A stretch of 63,986 nucleotides of DNA, the filler included, from an uncultured Ignavibacteriales bacterium (GTDB lineage Bacteria; Zixibacteria; MSB-5A5; GN15; JAAZOE01): the NCBI GenBank assembly GCA_964611355.1. It is 4 parts of 4 records of this genome, joined end to end, with 100 filler letters (N's around TTAATTAATTAA, not from the genome) between each part and the next. Parts side by side here need not be neighbours in the genome. Positions count along the whole stretch, not along the records: positions 20,582 to 40,919 come from CAZSYD010000041.1; positions 41,020 to 60,402 come from CAZSYD010000042.1; 2 more parts are not named here. One strand, 5' to 3'. The stretch's first letter is position 1, and every line of letters begins with the position of its first letter. Below the pieces are notes generated by a model that was not told where the DNA came from, did not search any database, and was given only the letters and a program-made list of their open reading frames with translations. The position numbers and the translations under genes are program-made. Shown piece after piece: positions 38,491 to 48,842 of the stretch.

Positions 38491-40836
38491 TCAACGGAGC
38501 AGTATCATTTTCTTTGTCCGGATAAGTCCTTCCGAAATCATATGATATAAATATATGCCCGAGGCGGCCTGATTGCCGTATTTATCCCGACCATCCCAGA
38601 TTACCGAATGATCTCCGGCCTCGTATTCACGATCGGTCAATACGGTCACAATCTGGCCGAGGATATTGTACACTCTTACGACGACTCGTCCGCGCCGGGG
38701 CAGACTGAAGTTTATCGTGGTCGTCGGGTTGAAAGGGTTGGGATAGTTCTGCCTTAAGCCGTATTTCGCAGCAACCGCCGGCGGCCCGTCATTATCCGCG
38801 TCTGTTGTTATCGAAGAGCTAACCTTGCCTAACAGGATAAGAGGTTGGTAGATAAAAGCGTCGTTTGGATCAAAAATCATGCGTTCTTCGGATGCCTTGG
38901 CAGGCGGATTGCCATTTAGCTCCGAGTAGAAAAAGAACCTTCCCATGTTTCCAACCCTGGTTGTATCAAAGCGGATTCTTGAGCCTGGTTCCCACGCGGC
39001 TCCAGCCTTGTAATGAAAATAGGCCGTGAAGTATTCGCCCTTGCCGGTATCAAGATAAAAGTTGTAGTAGAAAATAAATTCGACGCTAAAAATCAGGCTG
39101 TCATTATAAATCCGAGCCGCATTAAAATAGGAAGTGTCAACCGTCTCGTCGAGGATTACCGAGTCGCATACCAGAGAACTGTCAAACCATCTGAACCCGG
39201 TTATGGCCGTGGAAATAGCCGAATCGTTCCAGATATAGCAGGTTACGGCCAGTTCGCCCTGACCGTCCCACTCGCGACTTTCCAAAACCAGCGTATCCGC
39301 TTCGCCCGGGTCCTGATCATGGCACCCAACGTCATACACGGTTATGACTACTTCTTCCGAATCGTAATCAATGCCATCGGTGGTATAAAACATGACCGGA
39401 ATAATCTTATGACTTACCTCTACCTGATCGTATCCGGGGGAAAACTCGAACAAGGCGGTCCCGTCGCCAAAATCCTCGAATTCCAGACGGCCTTTGTAAA
39501 CAGTGTCATCGACCGGCGGATCGATCCAGATCGAATCGATCTCCCCTTCGCAATCGTAAGCGGTGACATTAACCTCCAGAACCCGGCCTTCGCTGGTGGC
39601 GCGGGAACCGATCGAATCAATTTCCGGCGCCCAGTTACCGGCGTCCTCAACGGTTATTTGCACCACCTCGGAATCGGTCGCCAGTTGTTCGTCGGTAACG
39701 TAAAAAGTGATATATTGAATACCTTGTTGTTTACAATCGGGCGTGAAGTCAAACTGTCCCGTGCCGTCTTCATTGTCGGTAAAGCTCGCATTTCCCGGCA
39801 ACTGGCTGACAGACAGCGTCAGAATCGAATCATCGAGATCGCCAGCAGTAACATCAAAACTCAGTAGTTCACCTTCAAGAATCGTTTTCGGGCCGATAGA
39901 ATCGAGAACCGGCAACCGGTTGCCGGCTTCAGTCACCTCAATGGCGACTACCTCGGAATCGATATACTTGCCGTCGGTTACCGAAAAGGTTAGCTCATAT
40001 GAGGCTGCCTGAATATAGCTGGGCATAAATTCAAACGTTGCCGTTCCATCGGTTCGTGGATCCCAGGTGGCATTCTCCGGAAGGGGGGTCACCGTCATCT
40101 CAAAGACCGTGCCTTCGTTCGGATCGGTGGCAGTGATTTCCAGAGTTAAGGCATCGCCTTCCACCAGCGATTTCGGCCCGATCGGATCAAGTACCGGCGG
40201 GAAATTAGCCACGACCGTGACAGTTATCACTTCAGAATCGACTACGGAGAAATCATCGGTGGCATAAAACGTAATAATATGGTCGCCGATATGGCTTTCA
40301 TCCGGAAGGAAGACAAATTCGCCGGTTCCCAAACCTTTATCAACAAAATAGGGGTTTCCGGTTTGTTGCACCGTGGAAGTCAACACGGGAATGGTGCCGT
40401 CCGGATCGTTTGCGGTAACATTAAATCTCAGTTCGACCCCTTCCATGGTCTGTTTGGAGCCGATCGAATCCAGAACCGGCGGATGATTGCCCGATTCCGT
40501 CACCGTGATGGTGACAACTTCCGAGTCGGTGTCGATATCATCGGACGCATAAAACGTCACATAGTACGTCCACGCCTGAACAAAGCTGGGGGTGAAATCA
40601 AAAACGCCGGTACCGTCGCCATTATCCGTAAAAGTGGCGTTATCGGGCAGTTCGCTGGTTTCAAGAAGCGGTATGGTCGCGTCGGGATCGCTGGCGGTGA
40701 CAATGAAGTTGAGGTTTTCTCCCTCGACGACCTCTTTCGCCCTGATAGAATCAAGTACCGGCGGGTTGTTCTGGGCAGCGGCCATTGAGCCGAGGCAGAA
40801 AGCAGTTAAAATAATAGATAATATAAGACGTCTCAT
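38491..40836 (-). CDS. Secreted protein with five ~95-aa Ig/cadherin-like repeats and FlgD-Ig/T9SS-like tail
   Basis: Signal peptide; repeats starting N.PPVLD(S/P)IG; tail QNYPNPFNPTT..YNILGQ..WDGRD..ASGIYLY..TKKMILLR. Confidence 0.85.
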   Translation of the reverse strand: MRRLILSIILTAFCLGSMAAAQNNPPVLDSIRAKEVVEGENLNFIVTASDPDATIPLLETSELPDNATFTDNGDGTGVFDFTPSFVQAWTYYVTFYASDDIDTDSEVVTITVTESGNHPPVLDSIGSKQTMEGVELRFNVTANDPDGTIPVLTSTVQQTGNPYFVDKGLGTGEFVFLPDESHIGDHIITFYATDDFSVVDSEVITVTVVANFPPVLDPIGPKSLVEGDALTLEITATDPNEGTVFEMTVTPLPENATWDPRTDGTATFEFMPSYIQAASYELTFSVTDGKYIDSEVVAIEVTEAGNRLPVLDSIGPKTILEGELLSFDVTAGDLDDSILTLSVSQLPGNASFTDNEDGTGQFDFTPDCKQQGIQYITFYVTDEQLATDSEVVQITVEDAGNWAPEIDSIGSRATSEGRVLEVNVTAYDCEGEIDSIWIDPPVDDTVYKGRLEFEDFGDGTALFEFSPGYDQVEVSHKIIPVMFYTTDGIDYDSEEVVITVYDVGCHDQDPGEADTLVLESREWDGQGELAVTCYIWNDSAISTAITGFRWFDSSLVCDSVILDETVDTSYFNAARIYNDSLIFSVEFIFYYNFYLDTGKGEYFTAYFHYKAGAAWEPGSRIRFDTTRVGNMGRFFFYSELNGNPPAKASEERMIFDPNDAFIYQPLILLGKVSSSITTDADNDGPPAVAAKYGLRQNYPNPFNPTTTINFSLPRRGRVVVRVYNILGQIVTVLTDREYEAGDHSVIWDGRDKYGNQAASGIYLYHMISEGLIRTKKMILLR

Positions 40837-40919
40837 AATTAGTCCGAAGGCAACATCGCCCGGTTGTCCTCTGTACTAAGGTACGCAAATGTCCGGTTTC
40901 GTCAATAGAATTATACACT

Positions 40920-41019
40920 NNNNNNNNNNNNNNNNNNNNNNNNNNNNNNNNNNNNNNNNNNNNTTAATTAATTAANNNNNNNNNNNNNNNNNNNNNNNNN
41001 NNNNNNNNNNNNNNNNNNN
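40920..41019. other. Artificial contig join
   Basis: N run with TTAATTAATTAA at 40964-40975. Confidence 0.95.
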
Positions 41020-42216
41020 GACGAAATCGACTTTCAGTTCTACAATACCGAAAGTACGCTGGAATTGAAAATATCCGATAACGGACGACTGAAATCGTTT
41101 CGCCTCCGTGACCCCTTCTTTGACAGTCTTGGTCTTACGTTTGAACAGGCCAAAATTAAAGTATGCAATAATAACTGCATATTCTGCTTCGTTCACCAGC
41201 AGCCAAAGGGAATGCGGCGCAGCCTGTATGTCAAAGATGACGATTATCGTTATTCGTTCATGCACGGCAATTATATATCCCTGTCGGATATGAAGGACGC
41301 GGACTACGAAAGAATAATAAACCAGCGTTTGTCGCCGCTCTATATTTCGGTTCATACTACCGATGATACTCTGCGTCGTTATATTTTCCAAAACGAGAAG
41401 CTCGAATCTGTCCTGCCCGGTATGCGAAAGTTAATCGAAAACGGCATTATATTGCATACGCAGGTTGTGGTCTGTCCCAATATCAACGATGGAGACCATT
41501 TAAAAAAAACTATCGCCGATCTGGCCGCCTTATCACCCGGCGTGGCTTCGCTGGCGGTGGTGCCGGTCGGCCTGACAAAATATAGAAAACGGCTGCCCCG
41601 GCTCCGGCTTTCAACGGGCAAAGAAGCAGGTCGGATAATTGATATGGTCGAAAAATATCAGCGCGGGTTTTTCCCTGAACTGGGGACGCGATTCGTCTGG
41701 CCGGCAGATGAATTTTACCTTACGGCAGGCAGGAAACTGTCAAGTCTCGGTTCCTACGAGGAAATGCCACAGTTTGAAAACGGCGTAGGCATGTCGCGCC
41801 GGTTTATCGTCGATTTCAACCGACGAAAACGATTTCTTCCGAAAAAAGTAAGGCGACCTCTCAGGCTTGAGCTGATTACGGGTCGTTTGGCGAAACCGTT
41901 TATTCAAGAAACAATTGTCCCTTCTCTTGAGAAAATTAAAAATCTTCATTTGAAATTAACCGTGGTTGATAATAGATTCTGGGGGAGGATGGTTACTGTT
42001 ACCGGTCTTTTGACCGGAAAAGATATTCTTGACGCCGTAAAAGGCTCGGAAAGCGATATGGTTATTTTGCCTCCGAATTGTCTGAATGTGGACAATCTGT
42101 TTCTTGACGATATTTCGCTGGATCAGTTCACCGCGCGAACGGGGCGGCGGGTGTTGACCGGGACTTACGATATCGCCGGGCTGGTTCGGCGGGCGATCAG
42201 ACTCCGGGAGAATTGA
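41020..42216 (+). CDS. DUF512 radical-SAM-like Fe-S protein (5' truncated)
   Basis: CNNNCIFCF, LYVKDDDYR, SPLYISVH, PQFENGVG; frame open back to the contig edge. Confidence 0.88.
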   Translation, partial: DEIDFQFYNTESTLELKISDNGRLKSFRLRDPFFDSLGLTFEQAKIKVCNNNCIFCFVHQQPKGMRRSLYVKDDDYRYSFMHGNYISLSDMKDADYERIINQRLSPLYISVHTTDDTLRRYIFQNEKLESVLPGMRKLIENGIILHTQVVVCPNINDGDHLKKTIADLAALSPGVASLAVVPVGLTKYRKRLPRLRLSTGKEAGRIIDMVEKYQRGFFPELGTRFVWPADEFYLTAGRKLSSLGSYEEMPQFENGVGMSRRFIVDFNRRKRFLPKKVRRPLRLELITGRLAKPFIQETIVPSLEKIKNLHLKLTVVDNRFWGRMVTVTGLLTGKDILDAVKGSESDMVILPPNCLNVDNLFLDDISLDQFTARTGRRVLTGTYDIAGLVRRAIRLREN

Positions 42217-43535
42217 TGTCGTTGCCGGTTGTTTCCATAATAGGTCGGCCCAACGTGGGGAAATCGTCCCTTTTTAACCGGATGATAAAAAAAAGGCTGG
42301 CTGTTATTGACGCCAGTTCGGGCGTTACCCGCGATCGCAATTTTTCGCAGTGTGAATGGAACGGCCGGATATTCTATCTGGTCGATACCGGCGGTATGGT
42401 GCCCGGCGCCGACGATGCCATGGAGCGGCTGATACTGGAACAGGCCCGTATCGCAATGGATGAAGCTGACCTTGTACTTTTCCTGGTCGATTGTCGAACC
42501 GGTATTACGGATATCGATGAACGGATCGCCCGCCTGTTGCATCGGACGGAAAAACCGGTTCTTCTTGGTGCCAACAAAGCCGATAATGAGCAGCTTGAAA
42601 TAGAAACCGGAGGTTTCTACAGCCTGGGGTTTGACAGGCTTTTTCCGATTTCGGCCGCCAACGGCCGGGGCGTCGGAGATCTGCTGGATGAGATCGTCGA
42701 GCGGATGCCGGAAGAATTAAAAGAGCCTCCGCCTGAAGGCGCCGTGCGGGTAGCCGTTGTCGGGCGGCCAAACGTCGGCAAATCATTGTTTGTCAATTGC
42801 CTGCTGGGGGAGGAAAGGCATATCGTTTCCGATATTCCCGGGACAACCCGCGATTCGATTGATTCGCCGATAGTAATTGACGGGAAAGACTATATCCTGA
42901 TCGATACCGCCGGGTTGCGTCGGCGAAGCAAAATCAGGGAAAGCGTCGAATATTATACCACCCTGCGGACTGTCCGCGCCATTCAGCGTTGTGATGTCGC
43001 CGTTATCCTTCTTGACGCCAACGAAGGATTAAATTTTCAGGAATTAAAAATTATCGAAGAGGTAGCCGAAGCGAAACGGGGGATGGTTCTGGCGGTCAAT
43101 AAATGGGATATTTTCGAAAAGGATCAGCATTCCGCCGATATCTACGCGCGCCAGATACGCGAGGCGATGCCCACCTATGCTTACCTGCCGATTATTTTTG
43201 TCTCGGCCTTGAAGGGGAAAAGAGTAGTCAAAACCCTGAAACTGGTCGAAGGCGTTTATTCTGAATTTATCAAACGCATCCCGACACCGGAATTAAACCG
43301 ATTTCTGGAAGAGGCGGTCAGGCGCCAACCTCCGCCGGCGGTTCAGGGAAAGTGGATCAAGCTGTTATATATAACCCAGCCTTGCATCGCTCCGCCTGAC
43401 TTTGTCATTTTCTGTAATTATCCTAAACTGATTCAGGAGCCGTATTTTCGGTACCTGACCAACAGGCTCCGGGAAAAGTTCGGTTTTGAAGGCGTACCTG
43501 TCAGTATAAAGCTCAAGCCCCGCAAAGATTCATAA
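42213..43535 (+). CDS. der: Ribosome biogenesis GTPase Der (EngA)
   Basis: Two GRPNVGKS G-domains, GVTRD/GTTRD, DTGG/DTAG, NKWD, KH-like tail. Confidence 0.96.
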   Translation: MMSLPVVSIIGRPNVGKSSLFNRMIKKRLAVIDASSGVTRDRNFSQCEWNGRIFYLVDTGGMVPGADDAMERLILEQARIAMDEADLVLFLVDCRTGITDIDERIARLLHRTEKPVLLGANKADNEQLEIETGGFYSLGFDRLFPISAANGRGVGDLLDEIVERMPEELKEPPPEGAVRVAVVGRPNVGKSLFVNCLLGEERHIVSDIPGTTRDSIDSPIVIDGKDYILIDTAGLRRRSKIRESVEYYTTLRTVRAIQRCDVAVILLDANEGLNFQELKIIEEVAEAKRGMVLAVNKWDIFEKDQHSADIYARQIREAMPTYAYLPIIFVSALKGKRVVKTLKLVEGVYSEFIKRIPTPELNRFLEEAVRRQPPPAVQGKWIKLLYITQPCIAPPDFVIFCNYPKLIQEPYFRYLTNRLREKFGFEGVPVSIKLKPRKDS

Positions 43536-43547
43536 CCGCGATTGCCA

Positions 43548-43579
43548 ATAAAAAAGGCCGCCATAGGCAGCCTTTTTAT
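43548..43579. terminator. Bidirectional intrinsic terminator
   Basis: ATAAAAAAGGCCGCC-ATA-GGCAGCCTTTTTAT between convergent genes. Confidence 0.8.
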
Positions 43580-43605
43580 CGTTTTCTGTTTATTCGACGG
43601 GAGGT

Positions 43606-44304
43606 CTATTTCTTACGAAATCGCCTGATCCCGCCAGCTAAGCCAAGTGCCGAACCAAGAAGAAGAAGGGTGGAAGGTTCCGGGATTGGCGTTGAATCCG
43701 GACGGAGGATTTTGTAAATTGGGGCTCCTGTGGCATCTTGAAGTAAGCCGTCCTCGGGAGGAGCGGTCGGATCCGGATCCCACCAGTCGGTGTTATAGGC
43801 GTACACCGGATCATGATTATCTCCATAAACGCCATCTTTGACGTAGAAATTACCCCAAACCGGATCTTTAAATGAGTAGAAGTCGAAGTAAACGTCATTG
43901 CCAATATCGTCGGCATCGATTTTTAAGGCATAGAACTCGGAAGGCAGGCCGGGGTTAGAAGAACTGCCGTTATCCTCGAAAAAGCCGACTTCAAGGCCGG
44001 TTTTGTCGTTCGTATTACCTTCGGTTTTCCAGAAATCATCAATCGCGGCAACGGCGGAAATGGCCACGCTAAAATGGCTGATTCCTTTTCTTTGGGAAAA
44101 TTCTCCATAAGCGAAGGTATACTCATAGTGCCAGATACCACCGGCCATTTGAGTAATATCCCAGGTAAGACTCATTTCGCTGGCCCAGGGTTCTGATCCG
44201 GTAATACCTTCCGGTGTCGAGATAGTACCTATAAAAGCAGAGGCCGGTTGAACAACCATAATCAGCAAGATCACAGGGATAATTAATAAGAGTGTATTTT
44301 TCAT
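43606..44304 (-). CDS. PEP-CTERM sorting-domain protein
   Basis: Signal peptide; C-terminus PIPEPSTLLLLGSALGLAGGIRRFRKK. Confidence 0.92.
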   Translation of the reverse strand: MKNTLLLIIPVILLIMVVQPASAFIGTISTPEGITGSEPWASEMSLTWDITQMAGGIWHYEYTFAYGEFSQRKGISHFSVAISAVAAIDDFWKTEGNTNDKTGLEVGFFEDNGSSSNPGLPSEFYALKIDADDIGNDVYFDFYSFKDPVWGNFYVKDGVYGDNHDPVYAYNTDWWDPDPTAPPEDGLLQDATGAPIYKILRPDSTPIPEPSTLLLLGSALGLAGGIRRFRKK

Positions 44305-44350
44305 TATTGGGCTCCTTCGCCAATTTTACTATTTGTTGCAATTATGGGTC

Positions 44351-44365
44351 GCAACTCGCATGCCA
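44351..44365 (-). promoter_or_regulatory. sigma54 (-24/-12) promoter
   Basis: Minus strand TGGCAT-GCGAG-TTGC with exact GG-N10-GC spacing, 46 nt upstream of the PEP-CTERM start. Confidence 0.75.
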
Positions 44366-44810
44366 ATTATTGCCATTTAACCTGATTATTTAAATGAGAG
44401 CCCTAACCCATTTAGGTTCAAGTAAATATAGTCATTGGCACAGTTTCTCGCCGGCAAAAACGATAAATTACTGAAGAAATGATTGATAGAATATGTCCGG
44501 ATTTCCGACGGTTTTAACGTCATCGTATTATTGTCGAGGCTGATTTTTTCAATCGGTAATTAGTTGGCGGATCGTATCTCCAAGTTAATCAACTAAATAA
44601 AGATGTATCCCAAATGGCGACAATTGAAAAGGCGTAAAGGATGGCAGTGTAAATATACTGGACACTTTTTTATAAAGCCTGTAATTCCAGGTTAACGTTC
44701 AAAGGCTGATTATATCATTTTTTCGCCGGAATACCTGACGATAGAATAAACCTTATTTAAAACTGGTCGATAAGTTGCATATATAGAGCCACTTATCGGA
44801 AAGCGGGCCG

Positions 44811-46574
44811 GTGTACCAGGAAAAAATATACGATCTCGAAGAAAAGATATTCGAGCTTGAAAACGAACTGGAAGCGAAGAAACAGGAAACTCGCGACCTT
44901 GCTAATATTGCTTCAGTTATTACCTCGATTCTGGATATAGAATCGGTTCTTGCCATAACCATGGAAATCAGCATCCGGCAGGTCTCCGGAGAAGTGGGAG
45001 CGATTCTGCTTCTTGACAGAGGTGACCTAACGGCTAGAATCTCGTGGGGAGTTGACGCCGCCATGCTTGATAACCTCAAGTATAAGGATGACGTCGATAT
45101 CGCTCGATATTGTCTTCAAAGCAAATCATCTTTATATGAAAACGATTGTGAGAGCCTGTTCCCGGGGGATTTTTCTATCAGAAGTTTTATAGCTTCTCCA
45201 ATTCTTTCCAAGGAAAACGCTATTGGCGTGATAGTGATTCTCAATAAGGAGAACCAGGAGGAATTCGCCGATCTGGATTGCCGCAGTCTGGAAATGATCT
45301 GCAAGTTTGCTTCTGTGGCGCTTGAAAACGCGAATCTTCTGAAGGAATACTTAGAGAAGCAGAAAATCGAACAGGAGCTTGAACTGGCCCGGCAGGTGCA
45401 AACGACTTTCCTGCCGGAGGAGGTTAAGATCAAGGGTCTCAGGGTTGCTTCCAATTATATCCCTGCCCGGCAGGTCAGCGGCGATTACTATGATTTGATT
45501 CCGATTTCGAAAGACAAGCTTTTTTTCCTGGTTGGAGATGTGACCAGCAAAGGCGCACCGGCGGCCCTGGTAATGACTTCGGTTTATTCAATCATCCGCG
45601 CCCACGTGACTTCGGGTCAACCTGTTGACGTCAAAAAAACCATTTCCCATCTGAACGACCTGCTTTGTAACGATATTATCAAAGGGCGCGATATGTTTAT
45701 CACGCTTTTTATGGGCTATATCGATATGGAGACGGGAATTATGGAATACTGCAACGGCGGTCACCCGCCGGCGCTATATTATCGAGCCTCATCCGGAGAA
45801 ACTATTCATCTTAAGCCCGGGGGACCGCTGGTCGGTCAGTTTGCCGGGCTGCCATATCGGGCCACACGGGTGCGAGTCAGCAAAGGAGACCGGATTTTCT
45901 GTTATACGGACGGATTGATCGAGGCTGAAAACCGCCGTGGCGAGCTTTATGGTATGGCCCGCGCCGAAGAGTTTTTCAAAGCAGGCATTCTGCTTGATAC
46001 AAAAAGGTTCAGCCGGGTAGTAAAAGAGGAGATCGACCGCTTCGGACAGGGAGCCGGTTCCGAAGGCGTTGACGATTTGACCACCATGGTAATTGATTTT
46101 ATTGATGAGGAAGACCTGCGGAAATATGAGTTTACATACGCCTCTCACCAAAAGACCCTTGAAAAAATGCACGACGATTTGAACTCGATATTTATTGAAA
46201 ATAATATTCGTCCCGGGATTGCCAACCCATTCAGGGTGGCCGTTTCCGAGGCCGTTACCAATGCTATGGTGCATGGGCACAAAGGAGATAGTTCCAAGAA
46301 AGTTCGTCTCTCAGTTGAGCTAAACCATTCAGGAATAACGGCCGATATAGTGGACGAGGGTGAATGTCGCGGACTTGATGCGATTGAAAATCGGGACCTG
46401 AAATATGATCCGTCGGCGGAATCCGGCAGGGGACTCGGCTTAATCAATCGGCTGGCAGATGAGGTGGATATCAGGGTGATGCCTCATGGCGGGTTGGGTG
46501 TCAGGATCGTGAAATATCTGGAAAAAAACTTAATTCGCTTGGATGGAGGAAACGATGGACATCAAAGTATCTGA
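44811..46574 (+). CDS. GAF + SpoIIE/RsbU PP2C phosphatase fused to RsbW-like Ser kinase domain
   Basis: VSGDYYD, GDVTSKG, NGGHPP, YTDGLIE, DDLT; then EAVTNAMVHG, DEG, SGRGLGLI. Confidence 0.88.
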   Translation: MYQEKIYDLEEKIFELENELEAKKQETRDLANIASVITSILDIESVLAITMEISIRQVSGEVGAILLLDRGDLTARISWGVDAAMLDNLKYKDDVDIARYCLQSKSSLYENDCESLFPGDFSIRSFIASPILSKENAIGVIVILNKENQEEFADLDCRSLEMICKFASVALENANLLKEYLEKQKIEQELELARQVQTTFLPEEVKIKGLRVASNYIPARQVSGDYYDLIPISKDKLFFLVGDVTSKGAPAALVMTSVYSIIRAHVTSGQPVDVKKTISHLNDLLCNDIIKGRDMFITLFMGYIDMETGIMEYCNGGHPPALYYRASSGETIHLKPGGPLVGQFAGLPYRATRVRVSKGDRIFCYTDGLIEAENRRGELYGMARAEEFFKAGILLDTKRFSRVVKEEIDRFGQGAGSEGVDDLTTMVIDFIDEEDLRKYEFTYASHQKTLEKMHDDLNSIFIENNIRPGIANPFRVAVSEAVTNAMVHGHKGDSSKKVRLSVELNHSGITADIVDEGECRGLDAIENRDLKYDPSAESGRGLGLINRLADEVDIRVMPHGGLGVRIVKYLEKNLIRLDGGNDGHQSI

Positions 46575-46905
46575 AAAGGCGAGAATCAATATCCTGGCCT
46601 TAAGCGGTAAACTGGACCTGGCCAATGCGGCCAAACTTAAGGATCAGGTCAAAGAGCTTCTCAATGCCCAGAAAAACCTTATCCACCTTGATATGAAAGG
46701 AGTTGACTTTATCAACAGTTCCGGGCTGGGCGCACTGGTTTCCTTATTGAAAGAGGTGCGGATACACAAGGGGCGGCTGACGCTGTCTGATCTGGCACCC
46801 TATGTCAATGAAATATTTGAAATTACCCAACTATCGCATGTTTTTGAGATCTTTCGGAACGTTGACGAGGCGGTGGCCAGTTTTGATGCAGTGCCGACAG
46901 CCTGA
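46555..46905 (+). CDS. STAS-domain anti-anti-sigma factor (RsbV/SpoIIAA-like)
   Basis: LSGKLD, VDFINSSGLGAL; GGAGGA RBS before ATG 46555. Confidence 0.9.
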   Translation: MDIKVSEKARINILALSGKLDLANAAKLKDQVKELLNAQKNLIHLDMKGVDFINSSGLGALVSLLKEVRIHKGRLTLSDLAPYVNEIFEITQLSHVFEIFRNVDEAVASFDAVPTA

Positions 46906-46928
46906 ATCACCGCGTCGAAGGGAGTATT

Positions 46929-48842
46929 ATGCCGAATGTAGAATTATTGGTAGGAGACCTGCTTAATCAGCTGTCGAGCCCTGACTTTTTTGAGCGCGAG
47001 GAGGCGGTTAAGGAACTGGCCCAAATAAGGGAGGATGAGGCGGTCGCCGGCCTTGTTATGGCTCTCGAAGACGAGGATCGTGGTATTCGGGAGCTGGCAG
47101 CCGAGAATCTGGTCAAGATCGGCGGAAGTATTTCCTCGAAATTGCTGGCCATGTTTCTGGGACGTGAGGATATTTCGGTCAGGAACCTGGCTGCTGAAAT
47201 CCTTGTCAAAATCGGGTCTGACGCCGTTCCCGCTCTCGCCGAAGCGTTGGAAAACCCTGATCATGACATCCGCAAATTTGCTCTTGATACTCTGGGTATG
47301 ATCCGGGATAAGTCGATTACTTCGAAGATTCATCGGATGCTGGATGATCCTAACGAAAATGTCGCCTGTTCGGCGGCCGAGGCCCTTGGGTTGATCGGTA
47401 GTTCCGAATCAGTGGAGCCGCTTTTGAATGCGTTCGAGAAATATGATTTCCTCCAGCCTCAGGCGGCCGAGGCGCTGGGTCGTATTGGCGATAAAGCCGC
47501 CTTTGAAGGGTTGAGGAAGCGCCTGAATACCGATGATCCGGTAGTCCTTTTTTCCGTTATCGAAGCCTTGGGGTACCTGAAACATCCGGCCGGGATTAAG
47601 ACGCTGTCGCCGTATCTGGATCATCCCGAGCAGACGATCGCCGACGCCGCTACGGCTGCCGTCATTAGAACCACTCAGGGCACCGACCGGTTGGCGTACA
47701 AGGACCTGCCGCAGGATAAGTTTAAGAAATTTCTCTTCGACAGTCTTAAATCGGACGATCATTCGATAGTCCGGTTTGCTCTGGATGAACTGCATCACTG
47801 GGATGCGCCTGATGTTATTGAGGAATTGATCAGCCTTCTCAAGAAGTCGGAAGACGATCTGCTTGCACAGATTGCCGAAGTAATCAAGTCGGCGGGGGAA
47901 TCGGCGGTAGATTCGCTTGCCGACTCGCTTAACACGGCAACCGATGAAGAAAAAATCAGGATTCTAAATGCGCTGGCCGGAATAGGCGATTCAGGCAGCT
48001 TGCCAAAGGTGACGGAACAGGCCGATTCGGACAACCCTGATATTCGCGAGGCGGCGGCCGTTACTCTTGGGAAATGTAACGCGCGCGAAGCGATCGGATT
48101 TCTCAAAAAGCTCGGCAGGGATTCCGTCGGCCACGTCAGATCGGCGGCGATTAAATCGATTGGCTGGCTTGGCATTGAGGAAGATGTTGGCATGCTTGCC
48201 GAATATCTTGATGATCGCTTTCCGGATGTCCGTGAAGCCGCCATGGGAGCCATGATACTTATCGGCGGGAGTAAGGTGATTCGGATTTTTACCGATGATC
48301 TGCAACACGAATCCCCTGACCGGCAGCGTCTGGCTGCAGTTGCCCTTGGAATGATCGGTGAAGACGAAACACGGGAGCCGCTTATCCGGGCCCTGTCGCA
48401 TTCCGATCCAACCGTTCGACGCTCCGCCGTCGAATCGCTTTCGCGAATCGGGAATCTCGATGATGTGGATGAAATCAGGCTGGCCTTAAGCGATGAGGAC
48501 CCGGTGGTGCGAAAAACGGCAGTTTCGGCGCTCATCAATCTTATCGGTTCGAAGGCGGTTGATGATATCAAAATCCTTTTGACCGACGATGATATGTGGG
48601 TCAGATATCATACCATTGATGCCCTGGGCGGTCTTGGCGATTCCCGATACGCTCGTCTGATAGTGCCGCACCTCAGCGATGAGCAGGATATTGTCAAGAT
48701 TGCGGCGGTGAAGGCTCTGGCCTCTCTGGGCGATCAATCATGTTTGGGACATCTTAAGCAACTTGCCACCGAAGCCAATAAGGATCTGGCAACTGCTGTC
48801 GAGGAGACCACCAGGGCATTAATGGGGACCAGCAATGGATAA
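46929..48842 (+). CDS. HEAT-repeat (PBS lyase-like) protein
   Basis: Many D....VR..A..ALG repeats over 637 aa. Confidence 0.9.
   Translation: MPNVELLVGDLLNQLSSPDFFEREEAVKELAQIREDEAVAGLVMALEDEDRGIRELAAENLVKIGGSISSKLLAMFLGREDISVRNLAAEILVKIGSDAVPALAEALENPDHDIRKFALDTLGMIRDKSITSKIHRMLDDPNENVACSAAEALGLIGSSESVEPLLNAFEKYDFLQPQAAEALGRIGDKAAFEGLRKRLNTDDPVVLFSVIEALGYLKHPAGIKTLSPYLDHPEQTIADAATAAVIRTTQGTDRLAYKDLPQDKFKKFLFDSLKSDDHSIVRFALDELHHWDAPDVIEELISLLKKSEDDLLAQIAEVIKSAGESAVDSLADSLNTATDEEKIRILNALAGIGDSGSLPKVTEQADSDNPDIREAAAVTLGKCNAREAIGFLKKLGRDSVGHVRSAAIKSIGWLGIEEDVGMLAEYLDDRFPDVREAAMGAMILIGGSKVIRIFTDDLQHESPDRQRLAAVALGMIGEDETREPLIRALSHSDPTVRRSAVESLSRIGNLDDVDEIRLALSDEDPVVRKTAVSALINLIGSKAVDDIKILLTDDDMWVRYHTIDALGGLGDSRYARLIVPHLSDEQDIVKIAAVKALASLGDQSCLGHLKQLATEANKDLATAVEETTRALMGTSNG

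Noticed and set aside
39013..39867. 284-aa plus-strand ORF and other long antisense ORFs (e.g. 47795-48571, 62463-63116)
   Set aside because: Antisense shadows of well-supported genes, with no motifs of their own
40972..41391. 139-aa minus-strand ORF
   Set aside because: Antisense to DUF512 and ends in the synthetic linker
44436..44451. Second sigma54 promoter (TGGCAC..) facing the signalling cluster
   Set aside because: GG-to-GC spacing is 11 rather than the required 10 nt
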